Below the pieces are notes generated by a model. The model saw only the letters and a list, made by a program, of their open reading frames with translations, had not been told where the DNA came from and searched no databases. The translations under genes were made by a program, and so were the position numbers. A stretch of 64,000 bases of DNA from Leucoraja ocellata. Its lineage: Eukaryota. Location: assembly GCA_036785375.1 (NCBI GenBank), contig JAWMAR010000188.1:3286001-3350000 (forward strand), in the 5' to 3' direction. Of this stretch, positions 40,001-49,700 are shown one piece after another; position 1 is the stretch's first letter; the number at the start of each line of letters is the position of its first letter.

Positions 40001-42785
40001 TCATTTCGATTCAATTTTTCCGATCTGTGGATACAAGCGATTTTGTAAATTAAAAACTTGAAGGACGAGAAGTGGGATAAGCAAATTTCTATATCATAGG
40101 TTCATACAGAATGGAAACCACCCCTTTTGCCCATAACTCTAAACCTTTCCTATCCTATGTGTGGAGAGAAGATAGAGGCTGAAGTATACTGGACTATTCT
40201 TCAAAGATGGATTTATAATTAAGACAGATATTGATTGAAAAAAATACTGTAACCATTTTGGTACTTTTTGCAAACTGGGCATAAAATACCCGTGAATTAT
40301 GATTCATATTCCTTTCAGCTTCCTGCATTGAACACTACCTTGAACAGTGTTAAAAACATGACAGGTCTGTACCCACTAGTACTGTAGACTAGTGTTATAT
40401 AGCCACATACAGTCCATTATGTTGGGGACAAAGACCCATCATTTATATATTTGCCTCTGTACTCCACAATTTGAGATTTGTAAGAGAAAAAATCACGTGG
40501 TTAAAGTGCACATTGTCAGATTTTAATAAAGGCCGTTTTTATACATTTTGGTTTCACCAAATAGAAATTACAGCAGTGTTTATACATAGTCCCCCCCCCC
40601 CCCCCCATTTCAGGGCACCATAATTTTTGGGACACAGCAATGTCATGTAAATGAAAGTAGTCATGTTTAGTATTTTGTTGCATATCCTTTGCATGCAATG
40701 AGTTCTTGATGCCTGTGATTCATGGACATCACGAGTTGCTGGGTGTCTTCTCTGGTGATGCTCTGCCAGGCCTGTATTGCAGCCCTTTAGCTTATTGGTT
40801 GTTTTGGGGGCTAGTCCCCTTCAGTTTTCTCTTCAGCATATAAAAGGCATGCTAAATTGGGTTCAGATCGGGTGACTGACATGGCCACTCACGAATTGAC
40901 CATTTTTTAGCTTTGAAAAACTCCTTTGTTGCTTTAGTCGTATGTTTGGGATTATTGTCTTGCTGTAGAATGAACTGCCGGCCAATGAGTTTTGAGGCAT
41001 TTGTTTGAACTTGAGCAGATAGGATGTGTCTATACACTTCAGAATTCATTATGCCACTACCATCAGCAGTTGTATCATCAATGAAGATAAGTGAGCCAGT
41101 ATCTTCAACAGCCATACATGCTCAGGCCATAACACCACTGTGTTTCACAGACAAGGTGGTATGCTTTGGATCTTGGGCAGTTGTTCTCCATACTTTGCTC
41201 TTGCCATCACTCTGATATGTTAATCTTCATCTTATCTGTCCACAAGACATTTTTCCAGAACTGTGGTTGCTCTTTTAAGTACTTCTTGGCAAACTAACCT
41301 GGCCATCCTATTTTTGCGGCTAACCAGTGGTTTGCATCTTGCAGTGTAGCCTCTGTATTTCTATTCATGAAGTCTTCTGCAGACAGTGGTCATTGACAAA
41401 TCCACACCAGATTTATTAATTTCACTGCACTTTATTGTGTACGTGACGAATAAATCTGACTTTTGACGATTGACTCCTGAAGAGTGTTTCTGATCTGTTG
41501 GACAGGTGTTTGGGGTTTTTGCTTTATTATAGGGAGAATTCTTCTGTCATCAGCTGTGGAGATCTTCCTTGGCCTGCCAGTCCCTTTGGGATTAGTAAAC
41601 TCACCAGTGCTCTCTTTCTTCTTAATGATATTCCAAACAGTTGATTTTGGTAAGCATAAAGTTTGGCTGATGTCTCCACCAGTTTTATTCTTGTTTCTCT
41701 GTCTCATAATGGCTTCTTTGACTTTCATTGGCGCAACTTTCCTCGTGTTGATAAACAGCAATGAAAGTTCCCAAAGGTGATGGAAAGACTGGAGGAAAGA
41801 CTAGGTGCTGAGAGCTCTCTTATGCCTGCATTAAGGAGGCAATTAACAGATCTGAGCAATTACAACACCCGTGAAGCCATGTGTCCCAAACATTATGGTG
41901 CCCTGAAATGGGGGGGGGGGGGGGGACTATATATAAACACAGCTGTAATTTCTATATGGTGAAACCAAAATGTATAAAAATTGCCTTTATTAAAATCTGA
42001 CAATGTGCATTTTAACCACGTGATTGTTTTTAATAACAAATCTCAAATTGTAGCATACAGAGGTAAATAAATAAATGATGGGTCTTTGTCCCAAACATTA
42101 TGGAGGGCACTATACTTGTACCCTCCAATATTATATCCATTTGTACTGGATGTTTAGACATATATTTGACATTTACAAACGGATGTCCGCCAATACAGTA
42201 CATCTAGGCAGAAAGATCGATGTGAACCTTGATTTGGATTGTTGTCCAGTTTATTAGATTGGCCTAACATGGCCCCTTCACTTGTGGTCCCTACACATAT
42301 ATGGGTCTCTGGTCCAGAGTGGACCATAAGGCCCATGTGTATAAGCTAGCCTGTGAGTTTAATGATCATCAAACCCAGAGTCAGTTCAATAAATTGTATT
42401 ATTGAAAGTAAGATTTCATATTTCTTTTTCCATAGTAAGGTATTTAAAAATATTTCTAAATAGCAATATTTATTTTTATGTTTGCTGCAATATGGTTCAT
42501 GGGCTTTGCAATTATTTTTAGACATTCTTCAAAATGTTTGGGCTTGAAATGCCATATCTTTTTGTTTCTTCATTCATTACGTTCAGTATAATTAAAGAAG
42601 CTATGACATAGAAGTATTAGCTTGTTTCCTTTTGACACGGTTTCTACTTCTGTTTGGTCCAGGCTGCATTGATCATGCAGGTTCTCCAGTTAACTCCGGA
42701 ACAGATCGCCATGCTACCGCCAGAACAGAGACAGAGCATCCTTATCCTGAAAGAACAGATTCAAAAATCTGCAGGAGCTCCTTGA
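864..42785 (+). CDS. CSTF2: Cleavage stimulation factor subunit 2 (CstF-64), 3' portion of a multi-exon gene; RRM/hinge exons lie upstream of the window
   Basis: Phase-compatible exons 864-1044, 5522-5584, (11924-11980), 23030-23171, 24563-24855, (29096-29236), 33254-33516, 39779-39862, 42663-42785. They translate to CstF-64 hallmarks: [43 protein letters not shown] and the C-terminal [40 protein letters not shown]. Confidence 0.97.
1290..1920 (+). mobile_element. Degenerate CR1 LINE ORF2 3' fragment
   Basis: ORF 1396-1731: [27 protein letters not shown]. Confidence 0.85.
2756..4274 (+). mobile_element. Non-autonomous Tc1/mariner-superfamily (pogo/Tigger-like) DNA element, copy 1, GC-rich interior (orientation arbitrary)
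   Basis: TIRs CAGGTGCAC(C/A)ACCTTTTATCCGAA...TTCGGATAAAAGGTTGTGCACCTG, flanked by TA on both sides; internal direct and inverted duplications; no transposase. Confidence 0.85.
5050..5330 (-). mobile_element. CR1 LINE 3' fragment
   Basis: [11 protein letters not shown]...[15 protein letters not shown]. Confidence 0.85.
5522..5584 (+). CDS. CSTF2: CSTF2 63-nt exon (exon 8 equivalent): [21 protein letters not shown]
   Basis: ttcccacag acceptor, AAG|GTATTG donor, phase 1-1; resembles mammalian GGMQAQVGMPGSGPVSMERGQ. Confidence 0.9.
6560..7370 (+). mobile_element. Old degenerate Penelope-like fragment
   Basis: C-rich strand with remnants resembling the 63640-64000 GIY-YIG region (cattttaattccct...ctgtctgtcctg...atgaacattaaattctc). 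Confidence 0.5.
7681..9411 (-). mobile_element. Same non-autonomous DNA element, copy 2, inverted relative to copy 1, inserted in a TA/TG microsatellite
   Basis: Same TIRs and TA flanks; near-identical mirrored ORFs in the track (2569- vs 9194+, 3813+ vs 7930-). Confidence 0.85.
7783..7850 (+). pseudogene. tRNA-Met(CAT)-derived segment inside the DNA element (mirror copy ~4105-4172, - strand)
   Basis: GGCTGGGTCAGTGGTAGAGTGCTCGGCT-CAT-ATCCGCAAGGTCGCGAGTTTGCGCCTCGATCCCGGCA: A-box-like D arm, CT-CAT-AT loop, T arm CGAG/CTCG with degenerate B box; no intact acceptor stem. Confidence 0.55.
9908..10034. repeat. Penelope-terminus-derived fold-back mini-element with a degenerate hammerhead core
   Basis: TAGACACAAAATGCTGGAGTAACTCAGCG ... 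CGCTGAGTTATTCCAGCATTTTGTGTCTA inverted arms; internal CTGCAGA..GAAACGTC. Confidence 0.65.
10248..11388. mobile_element. Unclassified non-autonomous TIR element with GC-rich core
   Basis: Perfect 15-bp inverted repeat CGAGTTTGGTATTCC (10255-10269 / 11367-11381), extendable to about 22 bp; the core resembles the 2756-4274 interior. Confidence 0.55.
11924..11980 (+). CDS. CSTF2: CSTF2 57-nt cassette exon (exon 8.1-like): [19 protein letters not shown]
   Basis: ttctcacag acceptor, AAG|GTACCA donor, phase 1-1; shares the GNM start and RGQ end with exon 5522-5584. Confidence 0.8.
12780..13465 (+). mobile_element. Degenerate CR1 LINE 3' region, interrupted by a Tc1 element
   Basis: KCEMLHFG and [10 protein letters not shown] remnants; the CR1 3' end resumes after 14832. 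Confidence 0.75.
13467..14830 (+). mobile_element. Tc1 transposon (internally deleted, defective transposase)
   Basis: TA-flanked CAGTGCCCTCCATAA...TTATGGAGGGTACTG long TIRs; HTH fragment [12 protein letters not shown], and [32 protein letters not shown]. Confidence 0.93.
15090..16300 (-). mobile_element. CR1 ORF1 (esterase-like) remnant, interrupted by an L2 3' end
   Basis: [20 protein letters not shown] and [10 protein letters not shown] fragments. Confidence 0.65.
15275..15780 (+). mobile_element. L2-clade LINE 3' end
   Basis: [21 protein letters not shown]...[18 protein letters not shown]...LKTHLF, then AATAAA and an (ATT)n tail. Confidence 0.8.
16821..20667. repeat. Local duplications of CR1-derived blocks: 16821-17429 ~ 19441-20050 and ~19180-19440 ~ 20413-20667
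   Basis: Direct sequence match; duplicated ORFs in the track (16932+/19541+, 19028-/20286-). Confidence 0.85.
17709..18440 (+). mobile_element. Non-autonomous Helitron-like element, 5' portion, with a 44-bp minisatellite (18095-18238, about 3.3 copies)
   Basis: A|TCTATATTACTAAAA start; shares blocks (GGCCACGCCCCTT..GGGACTATAAAACCC, CTGAGCTGTGAATA) with the hairpin+CTAG-terminated element at 38062-38953. Confidence 0.6.
23030..23171 (+). CDS. CSTF2: CSTF2 142-nt exon (exon 9 equivalent): [13 protein letters not shown]...TGEVEPR
   Basis: ccctttcag acceptor, AAG|GTAAGT donor; conserved [26 protein letters not shown]. Confidence 0.96.
24205..24522 (+). mobile_element. Helitron-like 3' end
   Basis: GGGACCCAATTGGTCCC hairpin (24495-24511), then ACTTGGT-CTAG|T; preceded by (CCTCTCTGTGT)n simple repeats. 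Confidence 0.7.
24563..24855 (+). CDS. CSTF2: CSTF2 exon (exon 10 equivalent): [18 protein letters not shown]...(xGEPRGP)7...HESR
   Basis: gtgtttcag acceptor; open frame; ends at AG|GCAAGT, a GC donor in phase 1 that matches the next exon. Confidence 0.9.
26200..26330. repeat. GA-rich polypurine low-complexity tract
   Basis: Direct reading. Confidence 0.9.
26600..27950 (+). mobile_element. Highly degenerate Gypsy-like pol remnant (tentative)
   Basis: Only scattered RT/integrase-like peptides (FTFLG, AEDGL); no intact ORF. Confidence 0.3.
29096..29236 (+). CDS. CSTF2: Candidate alternative CSTF2 exon: [47 protein letters not shown]
   Basis: ttgcttcctag acceptor, G|GTGAGA donor, 141 nt, phase 1-1, stop-free, with three DPR motifs like the flanking exons. 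Confidence 0.65.
30563..30788. mobile_element. PIF/Harbinger-type MITE
   Basis: TIR AGGGCCTGTCCCACTTTCAC...GTGAAAGTGGGACAGGCCCT with TTA on both sides. Confidence 0.85.
31500..32870 (-). mobile_element. Degenerate Gypsy-like RNase H/integrase remnant
   Basis: [29 protein letters not shown] and SDYGFKA resemble integrase and RNase H motifs. Confidence 0.4.
33254..33516 (+). CDS. CSTF2: CSTF2 exon (exon 11 equivalent): [18 protein letters not shown](GP)14[11 protein letters not shown]...PPRQ
   Basis: gtgcctag acceptor, CAG|GTAAGA donor; RDPRGID and GPVPNPRGP motifs. Confidence 0.93.
33682..35240 (-). mobile_element. Tc1 transposon of a second family, fragmented by CR1 pieces
   Basis: TA|CAGTGCATTCAGAAAGTATTCAGACCCC terminus with an internal direct repeat (AAGTATTCAGACCC at ~33881); transposase [15 protein letters not shown]...[28 protein letters not shown]. 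Confidence 0.9.
35240..37590 (+). mobile_element. CR1 LINE ORF2 (reverse transcriptase) with stops/frameshifts and 3' tail; internal duplication ~36772-36907 / ~37084-37218
   Basis: [38 protein letters not shown]; (TTCTATG)n tail at ~37578-37592. Confidence 0.95.
37594..38953 (+). mobile_element. Two tandem Helitron-like units (3' ends at 38061 and 38953) with CT-rich tract and 19-bp and 30-bp tandem repeats
   Basis: CAGACCC-AAC-GGGTCTG...CTAG|T (38033-38061) and GGGACCC-AAC-GGGTCCC...CTAG|T (38926-38953); GAGCTGCCTTGCCTAATTA repeats at ~38298-38365. Confidence 0.7.
38955..39510 (-). mobile_element. CR1 LINE ORF2 fragment
   Basis: [28 protein letters not shown]. Confidence 0.9.
39779..39862 (+). 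CDS. CSTF2: CSTF2 exon (exon 12 equivalent): [28 protein letters not shown]
   Basis: tttgtcag acceptor, AAG|GTTTGG donor, 84 nt, phase 0-0. Confidence 0.93.
40410..42112 (-). mobile_element. Tc1 transposon, near full length, defective; same family as 13467-14830
   Basis: Long TIRs ending TTATGGAGGGCACT(A), TA flanks; [35 protein letters not shown]. Confidence 0.93.
42663..42785 (+). CDS. CSTF2: CSTF2 last coding exon (C-terminal domain) ending in TGA
   Basis: [40 protein letters not shown]; G|GTAAAT donor 1 nt after the stop suggests an intron in the 3'UTR. Confidence 0.97.
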   Translation, partial: AALIMQVLQLTPEQIAMLPPEQRQSILILKEQIQKSAGAP

Positions 42786-42820
42786 GGTAAATTTGAGAAG
42801 TCACTGAACATTTGGCTATG

Positions 42821-43020
42821 NNNNNNNNNNNNNNNNNNNNNNNNNNNNNNNNNNNNNNNNNNNNNNNNNNNNNNNNNNNNNNNNNNNNNNNNNNNNNNNN
42901 NNNNNNNNNNNNNNNNNNNNNNNNNNNNNNNNNNNNNNNNNNNNNNNNNNNNNNNNNNNNNNNNNNNNNNNNNNNNNNNNNNNNNNNNNNNNNNNNNNNN
43001 NNNNNNNNNNNNNNNNNNNN
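42821..43020. other. Assembly gap (200 N)
   Basis: Run of N; the round size suggests a placeholder length. Confidence 0.99.
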
Positions 43021-43539
43021 GATTCGATATTGTCAACCATCTATCTTCCCAGAAAAGACTACTTAAAATATACCTAATAGAGAATTTTAACTGATGGAAT
43101 TGCCTGCTCAGGGAGAAGATGAGAGTCTTGTACTTCCATATATTTTCATTTTTGCGTAGGCCACTATAAGAGTAAAATTTATACAGTGTAAATTGATCCA
43201 CTCCACTCGTCAGTTTCCCTTTTTTTAAACGTACATTGCACCTACATCAGAGAGATTGCATTTAAGCGCAGTGCTCTAGACTGTATATCTGCCCTGAGCT
43301 TCTGCTGTGCTTCTCATTATTGAAGATGGAGCTGAGAAGTGTGATATACCAAAATTACATTACATTACAAGCAACTAGATGTTGGGAGTAATACCAATAT
43401 TTAAAAAAAACACTTGTTGGCAGTTTAGTTTTGAACATTGCCAAGTCACATTAAATTAGATTACAAAATGCTATTACACCAAAGCGTTTAGGTGCTCAAG
43501 GTAAAGGTACAACATATATTTAAAAAGTATTTACATTTC

Positions 43540-44370
43540 TTTAGAATGTTGGCTTTTATTGCAAAGGGTATGTCTCCTAATTTGAGGAAGGACATTCTTG
43601 CTATTGAGGAGTGCAGCTTAGGTTCACCAGGTTAATTGGGACTGACATATCATGAAAGAATGGATCGACTGGGCTTATATTCACTGGAATTTAGAAGGAT
43701 GAGAGGGCATCTTTTGGAAACATATAGAATTCTTAAGGGATTTGGATAGGCTAGATGCAGGAAAAATGTTCCTGATGTTGGGGGAGACCAGAACCAGGGG
43801 TCACAGTTTAAGAATAAGGCCCATTTAGGACTGAGATGAGGAAAAACCTTTTCACCCAGATAGTTGTGAATCTGTGGAATTCTTTGCCACAGAAGGCAGT
43901 GAAGCCCAATTCACTGGATGTATTCAAGAGAGTGTTAGATATAGCTCTTGGGCCTAATGGAATCAAGGGATATGGGAGAAAGCAGGAGCAGGATACTGAT
44001 TTTGGATGATCAACCATGATCATATTGGATGGCGGTGCTGACTAGAAAGGCCGAATGGCCTATTCCTGCACTTATTTTCTATGTTTCTATGAAATAAAGA
44101 ATAGGGAAATTTCACTACAGCTTTGCAGGGTACTGGTGAGAAGACATCTCAAATACATCTGCAACACATCTGCATTGTTTTTGTCTTCATATGTAAGGGA
44201 TGATATACCAGCAATGAAGGCTGTGCAGAGAAAGTTCAGCAGGTTGATTCCTGGGTATAAGAGAGTTGATATATGAAAAAGGCTGAACAGGTTGTGCCTG
44301 TACTCCATGAAGTGAGCAGTACACTTATTGAAACATGTAAATGCCTAGGGATTGACAGGGTGGATGTTGG
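43540..44370 (+). mobile_element. CR1 LINE 3' fragments
   Basis: [13 protein letters not shown]-type sequence, CR1 3'UTR and TTTCTATG tail at ~44075-44090. Confidence 0.85.
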
Positions 44371-44430
44371 TATGGCATGGTGCTTCATTTGTCACATGTA
44401 CTGAGGTACAGTGAAATGTAGTTTTGTATA

Positions 44431-45770
44431 CAGTTCAGGACAAGCTGCTGTAAGAATCCATCTTGGAAGCACTCTACAAACACTCTTTCTTGGGGTCCTG
44501 AACCAACCTGATTTTCCCAGTCTACCTGCATATTGAAATCCCCCATCACCACAGTGGCATTATCTTTGTTACATGCCAGTTTTAACTCCTGCTGCAACTT
44601 ACACCCTACATCCGGGCTACTATTTGGGGGTCTGTAGATAACACCAATTAGTGTCTTCTTGCCTTTACAATTCCTCAACTCAATCCACAGTGACTCTACC
44701 TCGTCGGTTCCTATGTCTTTCCTCGCAAGGGACTGAATTCCATCCCTCACCAGCAGAGCTACCCCCCCCCCCCCTCCTCTGCCCACCTGCCTGTCCTTTC
44801 TATAGGATGTATAACCGTAAATATTAAGTTCCCAGGCCCGATCCTCCTGCAGCCACATCTCAGTAATCCCGACAATATCATATCTACCAACCTCTAACTG
44901 AGCCTCAAGCTCATCCACCTTACTTCTTATACTACGTGCATTCATATACAATACCTTTAATTCCTTACGCATCTCACCTTTCACGTCGATCCCTATTACA
45001 CTTGGCCATACTCTCCTGTCCCTTTATGAGCTTTATTTCCTGTTAATACTGGGGGTCATTAACTATCGCTTTACTCTCTTTCCCTTTGACTCGGTCCTTG
45101 ACTATTCCATTTGACACCCCACCCCCCTTATTCGGTTTAAAACCACCCGTGTAGCAGTGGCAAACCTGCCTGCCAGAATGCCTGTTAAGGTGCAATCTGT
45201 CCCTTTTGTACAGTTCCCCTTACTCCAAAACAGATCCCAGTGGTTTAAGAATCCAAATCCCTGCCCCCTGTACCAGTTTCTCAGCCACACATTCAGGTCC
45301 TGTATCTCCCTTGTTCCTGCTCTCGCCAGCACGAGGAACTGGAAGCAAACGCTTCAGAATATTCATCCCCGGCTTTCCGACATTGTTTGTGCCAACATGC
45401 ATTACCACTTCTGGCTGTTCACCTTCGCCCTTGAGGATTTTCTGCACTCTGTCCATGACATCCTGGATCCTGGCACCAGGGAGGCAGCACACCATCCTCG
45501 AATCCCGTCTGTTGCCGCTGAAACCCCTGTCCGTACCTTTCACAATGGAGTCTCCAACTACCATGGCGTTGCTGACGTCGGCCTCTTTGGTTTTGGCTCA
45601 ACAGCCCTTTTTGCTTTGCAAGCCAGTCCGCCGCTCAGTGTGTTAACATCGTCTGTCCCGACAGTTTCTAACTGGGTACACCTGTTCTCAAGAGGTACAA
45701 CACCCGGGGACCTTTGCATTCCATGTTTCCCTCCCTTTTTCACCATCATCCACCTTCTCTCTTCCAGTAC
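44431..45770 (-). mobile_element. CR1 LINE 5' part: ORF1 (SGNH esterase-like) and ORF2 APE endonuclease
   Basis: VVGDSIVKGTDRGF...CCLPGARIQDV...HVGTN; YMNARSIRSK, VGITEMWL, GVIYRPP, VMGDFN. Confidence 0.92.
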
Positions 45771-46589
45771 CTCAACCTTACTGTAGGATTGAGTTACTGT
45801 AGATGTTGAGTTAGATGCATCTTAGTTATGCCCAGGTGATGATCATCAATAATTGTGAGAACATTTCTCATCATGTTATCACACTTCGTAAAATTTTAAT
45901 ATAAGAAGTATTGAATTAAATTGTTGAAAAGACCTGTATGTCCCTAAAAGATTATTGGTTTACATGATTATGTAGAAAGAATATAGTTTGAATTCAGAGA
46001 CGAAAGCATCCTATCAATGAAACATTAAAGAATGAGACCTCCTGTGACTTTGGAATTAATTCTGAGTCAAGACAAATTTATCAAAGAAACTATGTAGAAC
46101 TAAACTTTTTGGAATTTCTGAACTCGTTATCTGTACCACACAAAATTAAATAAAATTGCAATGTAAAATGTATGTAATTCTAGGCACAGTCCAAAGATTG
46201 CTTCCAAAGTGTCTAGTTCCTAGTGTCTAAGTTCCTAGTTCCTTTCACCACAGAATATTAACTACATCATTTATAGCATTCTCAAAATATATATTGGCAG
46301 GAAATTAATACAACAGCAACTTTTCCACTGATTTGATGTTTTAATAAAAAGACACCGAAAAAACGGTTTTGGGAATTTAAGTAACTGTCGACAATCTTGG
46401 CTTCAACTGAGTGCTTGGCCATGTGCAAGAATCAATGATAAATATTATTCTAGATATTATTCATTCCCTGTTTGATGGCCATAGTTGTATGCTTGCCACT
46501 GGTTTACTCTTCCAATTGTATTCAAGTAATATGATCATTAGTTATTTAAATATTGCTCCTGTTTCAATATTATTTTGTTGGTCCTTTAG

Positions 46590-46795
46590 CTGCCATGATA
46601 GAACAAACAGCATCTTCCGATTTGATAGACTCCAGTCCAGCATCTTGTGATCTGAGTTTCATGGAGGCTATCAGTCAGAAAATGAGAATTCTAATAGACT
46701 GAAAGTAACTGAGAGGCCAGGAGATGAAGAGAGAGCAGAAGATATTCAGATGTCGACATTACATATGCAGATTCCTGAAAGAATATCAATGGGAG
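46590..46795 (+). CDS. MFF-like first coding exon (ATG 46595, GCCATG context) with the two N-terminal repeat motifs; apparent frameshift at 46691-46692
   Basis: cctttag acceptor; MIEQTASSDLIDSSPASCDLSFMEAISQKMRI, then in a shifted frame NRLKVTERPGDEERAEDIQMSTLHMQIPERISMG; G|GTAAAC donor. Confidence 0.82.
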
Positions 46796-49700
46796 GTAAA
46801 CTGTTTCAATGTGAATTAACCAGGTATGTAAAAATCAATGGATATTTAGTCATTTTCAAGTATTGGTCCAGATCTTGTTTTAATGTCAGTTAAATAACTA
46901 ATTGATAGGGATTAAATTAAAAAATGAATTTATTCTAATAGAACATAGAGTACAAAATAGGCTTATTTGATCCAGATAAGTTCCCCCAGATGAATTACCT
47001 CCCAACTCTCTCGTCATCTAAAAAACATTAGCATAACTTTTCATTTCCTTCTTGATCATTTATGTCATTTCTTCTTTATAGAATTCATGCTATGAGCTCT
47101 ATTGTTCCTTTATTTTTATTTATTTTATTTCCTTTATTTTAAAAACATTGGTAAACCTAACTATTAATTCAAGAAATAATTATATATCTCAGAGTAGGTC
47201 AAGATTCAAGATTCAATTTATTTGTCAGGTACTGCGTTGTGGCTATATCATGTCGGCGTATGGCGCTGGTGATCTGGTTATGGCTCTAGAAAGCATCTGC
47301 AGTTCAGGGACTTTATCTTGACTAAATGTCGTACCCATTATCCTTTTTCTATACACAATTGACGACTTGATTGTAATCATCCATTGTCTTTCCTTGGATA
47401 GCATGCAAACAAAAGCTTTCACTGTATCTTTGTAGACATGACAATAATAAACTAAACTAAACTAAACTTTGGCTCAGAATGGATGAGCTAGAGTCCAAAG
47501 CTTTGACAATGAGATCCAAGAAAGATGGAGAACTGGACACCTTGCTCCAGAAGGCAGTTAGATCTTTTAGGTTAACGGCATGGTTAGCAGACAGAAATCA
47601 TGAGAAGCCCGATGGAACCCTGTAGTAGTATTGGAAGAGCCTAAGCCATACATTTCCATGAGCAATGAGGTTATTGGAACCTATGTAGACAAGAGCAGTT
47701 CTCCAGGGAAAATAAGCAAATGGACCACAGCACGGTAGCGCAACAAATGACTTGATGTGATACTTTTGAGGATATCTCATGGAGGATATCTCATTGCTGA
47801 CAAAATTATGGATTTAGGGTGTCTTCTTTCAAGTTTTTTCATTGAGACTGTTTGCTGTACTGATGGTCATTAAGGATCCTCTTTGCCTTCTTCAAAGGAA
47901 GGGGAGTTCATCACAATTTATATTATTTATCCTTGGATGAATTTAAAAACAAATATTTTAATCATATTTACATTAGCATGTGTGGGAACATGGTGACGGA
48001 TTATAGTCAAAAATAGAATTAATTGGCTGTAAGGGTCTTTGGCATCCAATGCTGAAAAATGCCGTACAAATGCATTTCTTTTAAGATATTAATATAAAGA
48101 GCCATAATTCCTTCTATCAGTTGCAAGTATTTGTACTTTGCGGAAGATAAATGATTATAGAATATGCAAAGATCTATTTCAGATTTTAGTAGTTCTGTAA
48201 ATAGATAGATCTGATGGTATAATTTGCCGTAAATTATGAGATGCTATTTTATAGAACAGTTTATTCTGGTGAGACCTTAAATATTTATTGCTGTTAACAA
48301 GGTAATTGTGCAGATTGGACATGAAAATGTTCTACTCTGATTTAAAAGGATCACGCACGAAGTACTGGTTTTCTTGTATCATATTTTTGACACTTGGAAT
48401 TGATATGCAATAGATATGCAGTAGCTACATGATTATTTGAATTTTGTAACTGAATACTAATAGGGGACAACAATAAATTATTTAAATTGCAATATTTGTT
48501 GGTTGGTTTAAAAGAAATGCTCTTTTCTCTTTAGAAACCGAAATGCAGGATATTGGAGCAAGGCCGTACTTGTATGGTTGGTTCCACAATAATCCTATGA
48601 ATACAGATCCTCCACCACTTAGCATATCTCCTCACTTAATGTATGGAACCTCCCAGGCTATGAATGTGGATAGATCGGAAAGTCCACTGCAGGTATATTA
48701 GGAATAACATTATGTCCTTTTATAATATAAAGATTTAAGTAGACAAACTCACTAACTTTTTACCTTTACACCACATAATGTGTTTTGAAATTCAGTTATA
48801 TAACACAGTTTTTTGTCTCTTTTTTCCATGGCGTGAAATCACTATCTTCCATCCTTGGAACTTATGAACCTATTTTAACTATCTCTGATGCTGTTATTGA
48901 GCCTCCAAAGTCCAGGTTCTGACCTGCACTTAGTCACTGATCACTCAATCCTCTCAAACCTACAATTCCTCATAGTGACCGATCCATGACTGCAATCCTG
49001 GGCCATCTTTCCTGATTCTCAGCTGCAGCCATTATTTCATACCCCAATGCCCAGATACAGGCCAATTCTTTTACGCACTGTGGGTGGGGGGAGAAATATT
49101 CTTGAATTCTCACTAGTTCAGTCTGCTGCCTGAAAAAAAGTTGTGTTGGTTGTTGACCCACAAAGTAAAAAACTGAATGTGATGTTCATTGAAATACAAT
49201 TTAATACAGACATTTTTGCACAGTGTTCCTTTAAAGTAGTTTAACATACAAAATTGCACACTACTAAATTAATAAATTAATCCATTCTGTATTTATCCAG
49301 ATATTTCAAATATTCAATGTTAACATAAGTTCATCATTGGGAAGGCCTGTATTTATGTCACTGATAATTTGGGTGCCTTCTACATTTAAATTAACTCATC
49401 AGTAAGAAACATGCTTGCAAACTTTTTTTGCAGGTGACCACCTCTCACAATTCCAGCAGATCACGAACATTAAGTGAGAATGAAATCAGTCTATCAAATG
49501 TGGCTAAAAGACAGAGGAATTTGTAAGTAAGACATTTTGGATTGGTTTGATTGTAGTGATATCAAGTACAAACTACTGCAAAAAATGTTGCCATATTCAG
49601 TTACTGAGATGGATTTCAGCTACTTGAAGGAATATTTAACTAAATGATAGTCCCTGAGGAATGTTTATGCCATTTTTTGGGATTGCAAGAGCTAGATGAA

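Noticed and set aside
42761-43201. ORFs spanning the N run
   Set aside because: Artefacts of the assembly gap.
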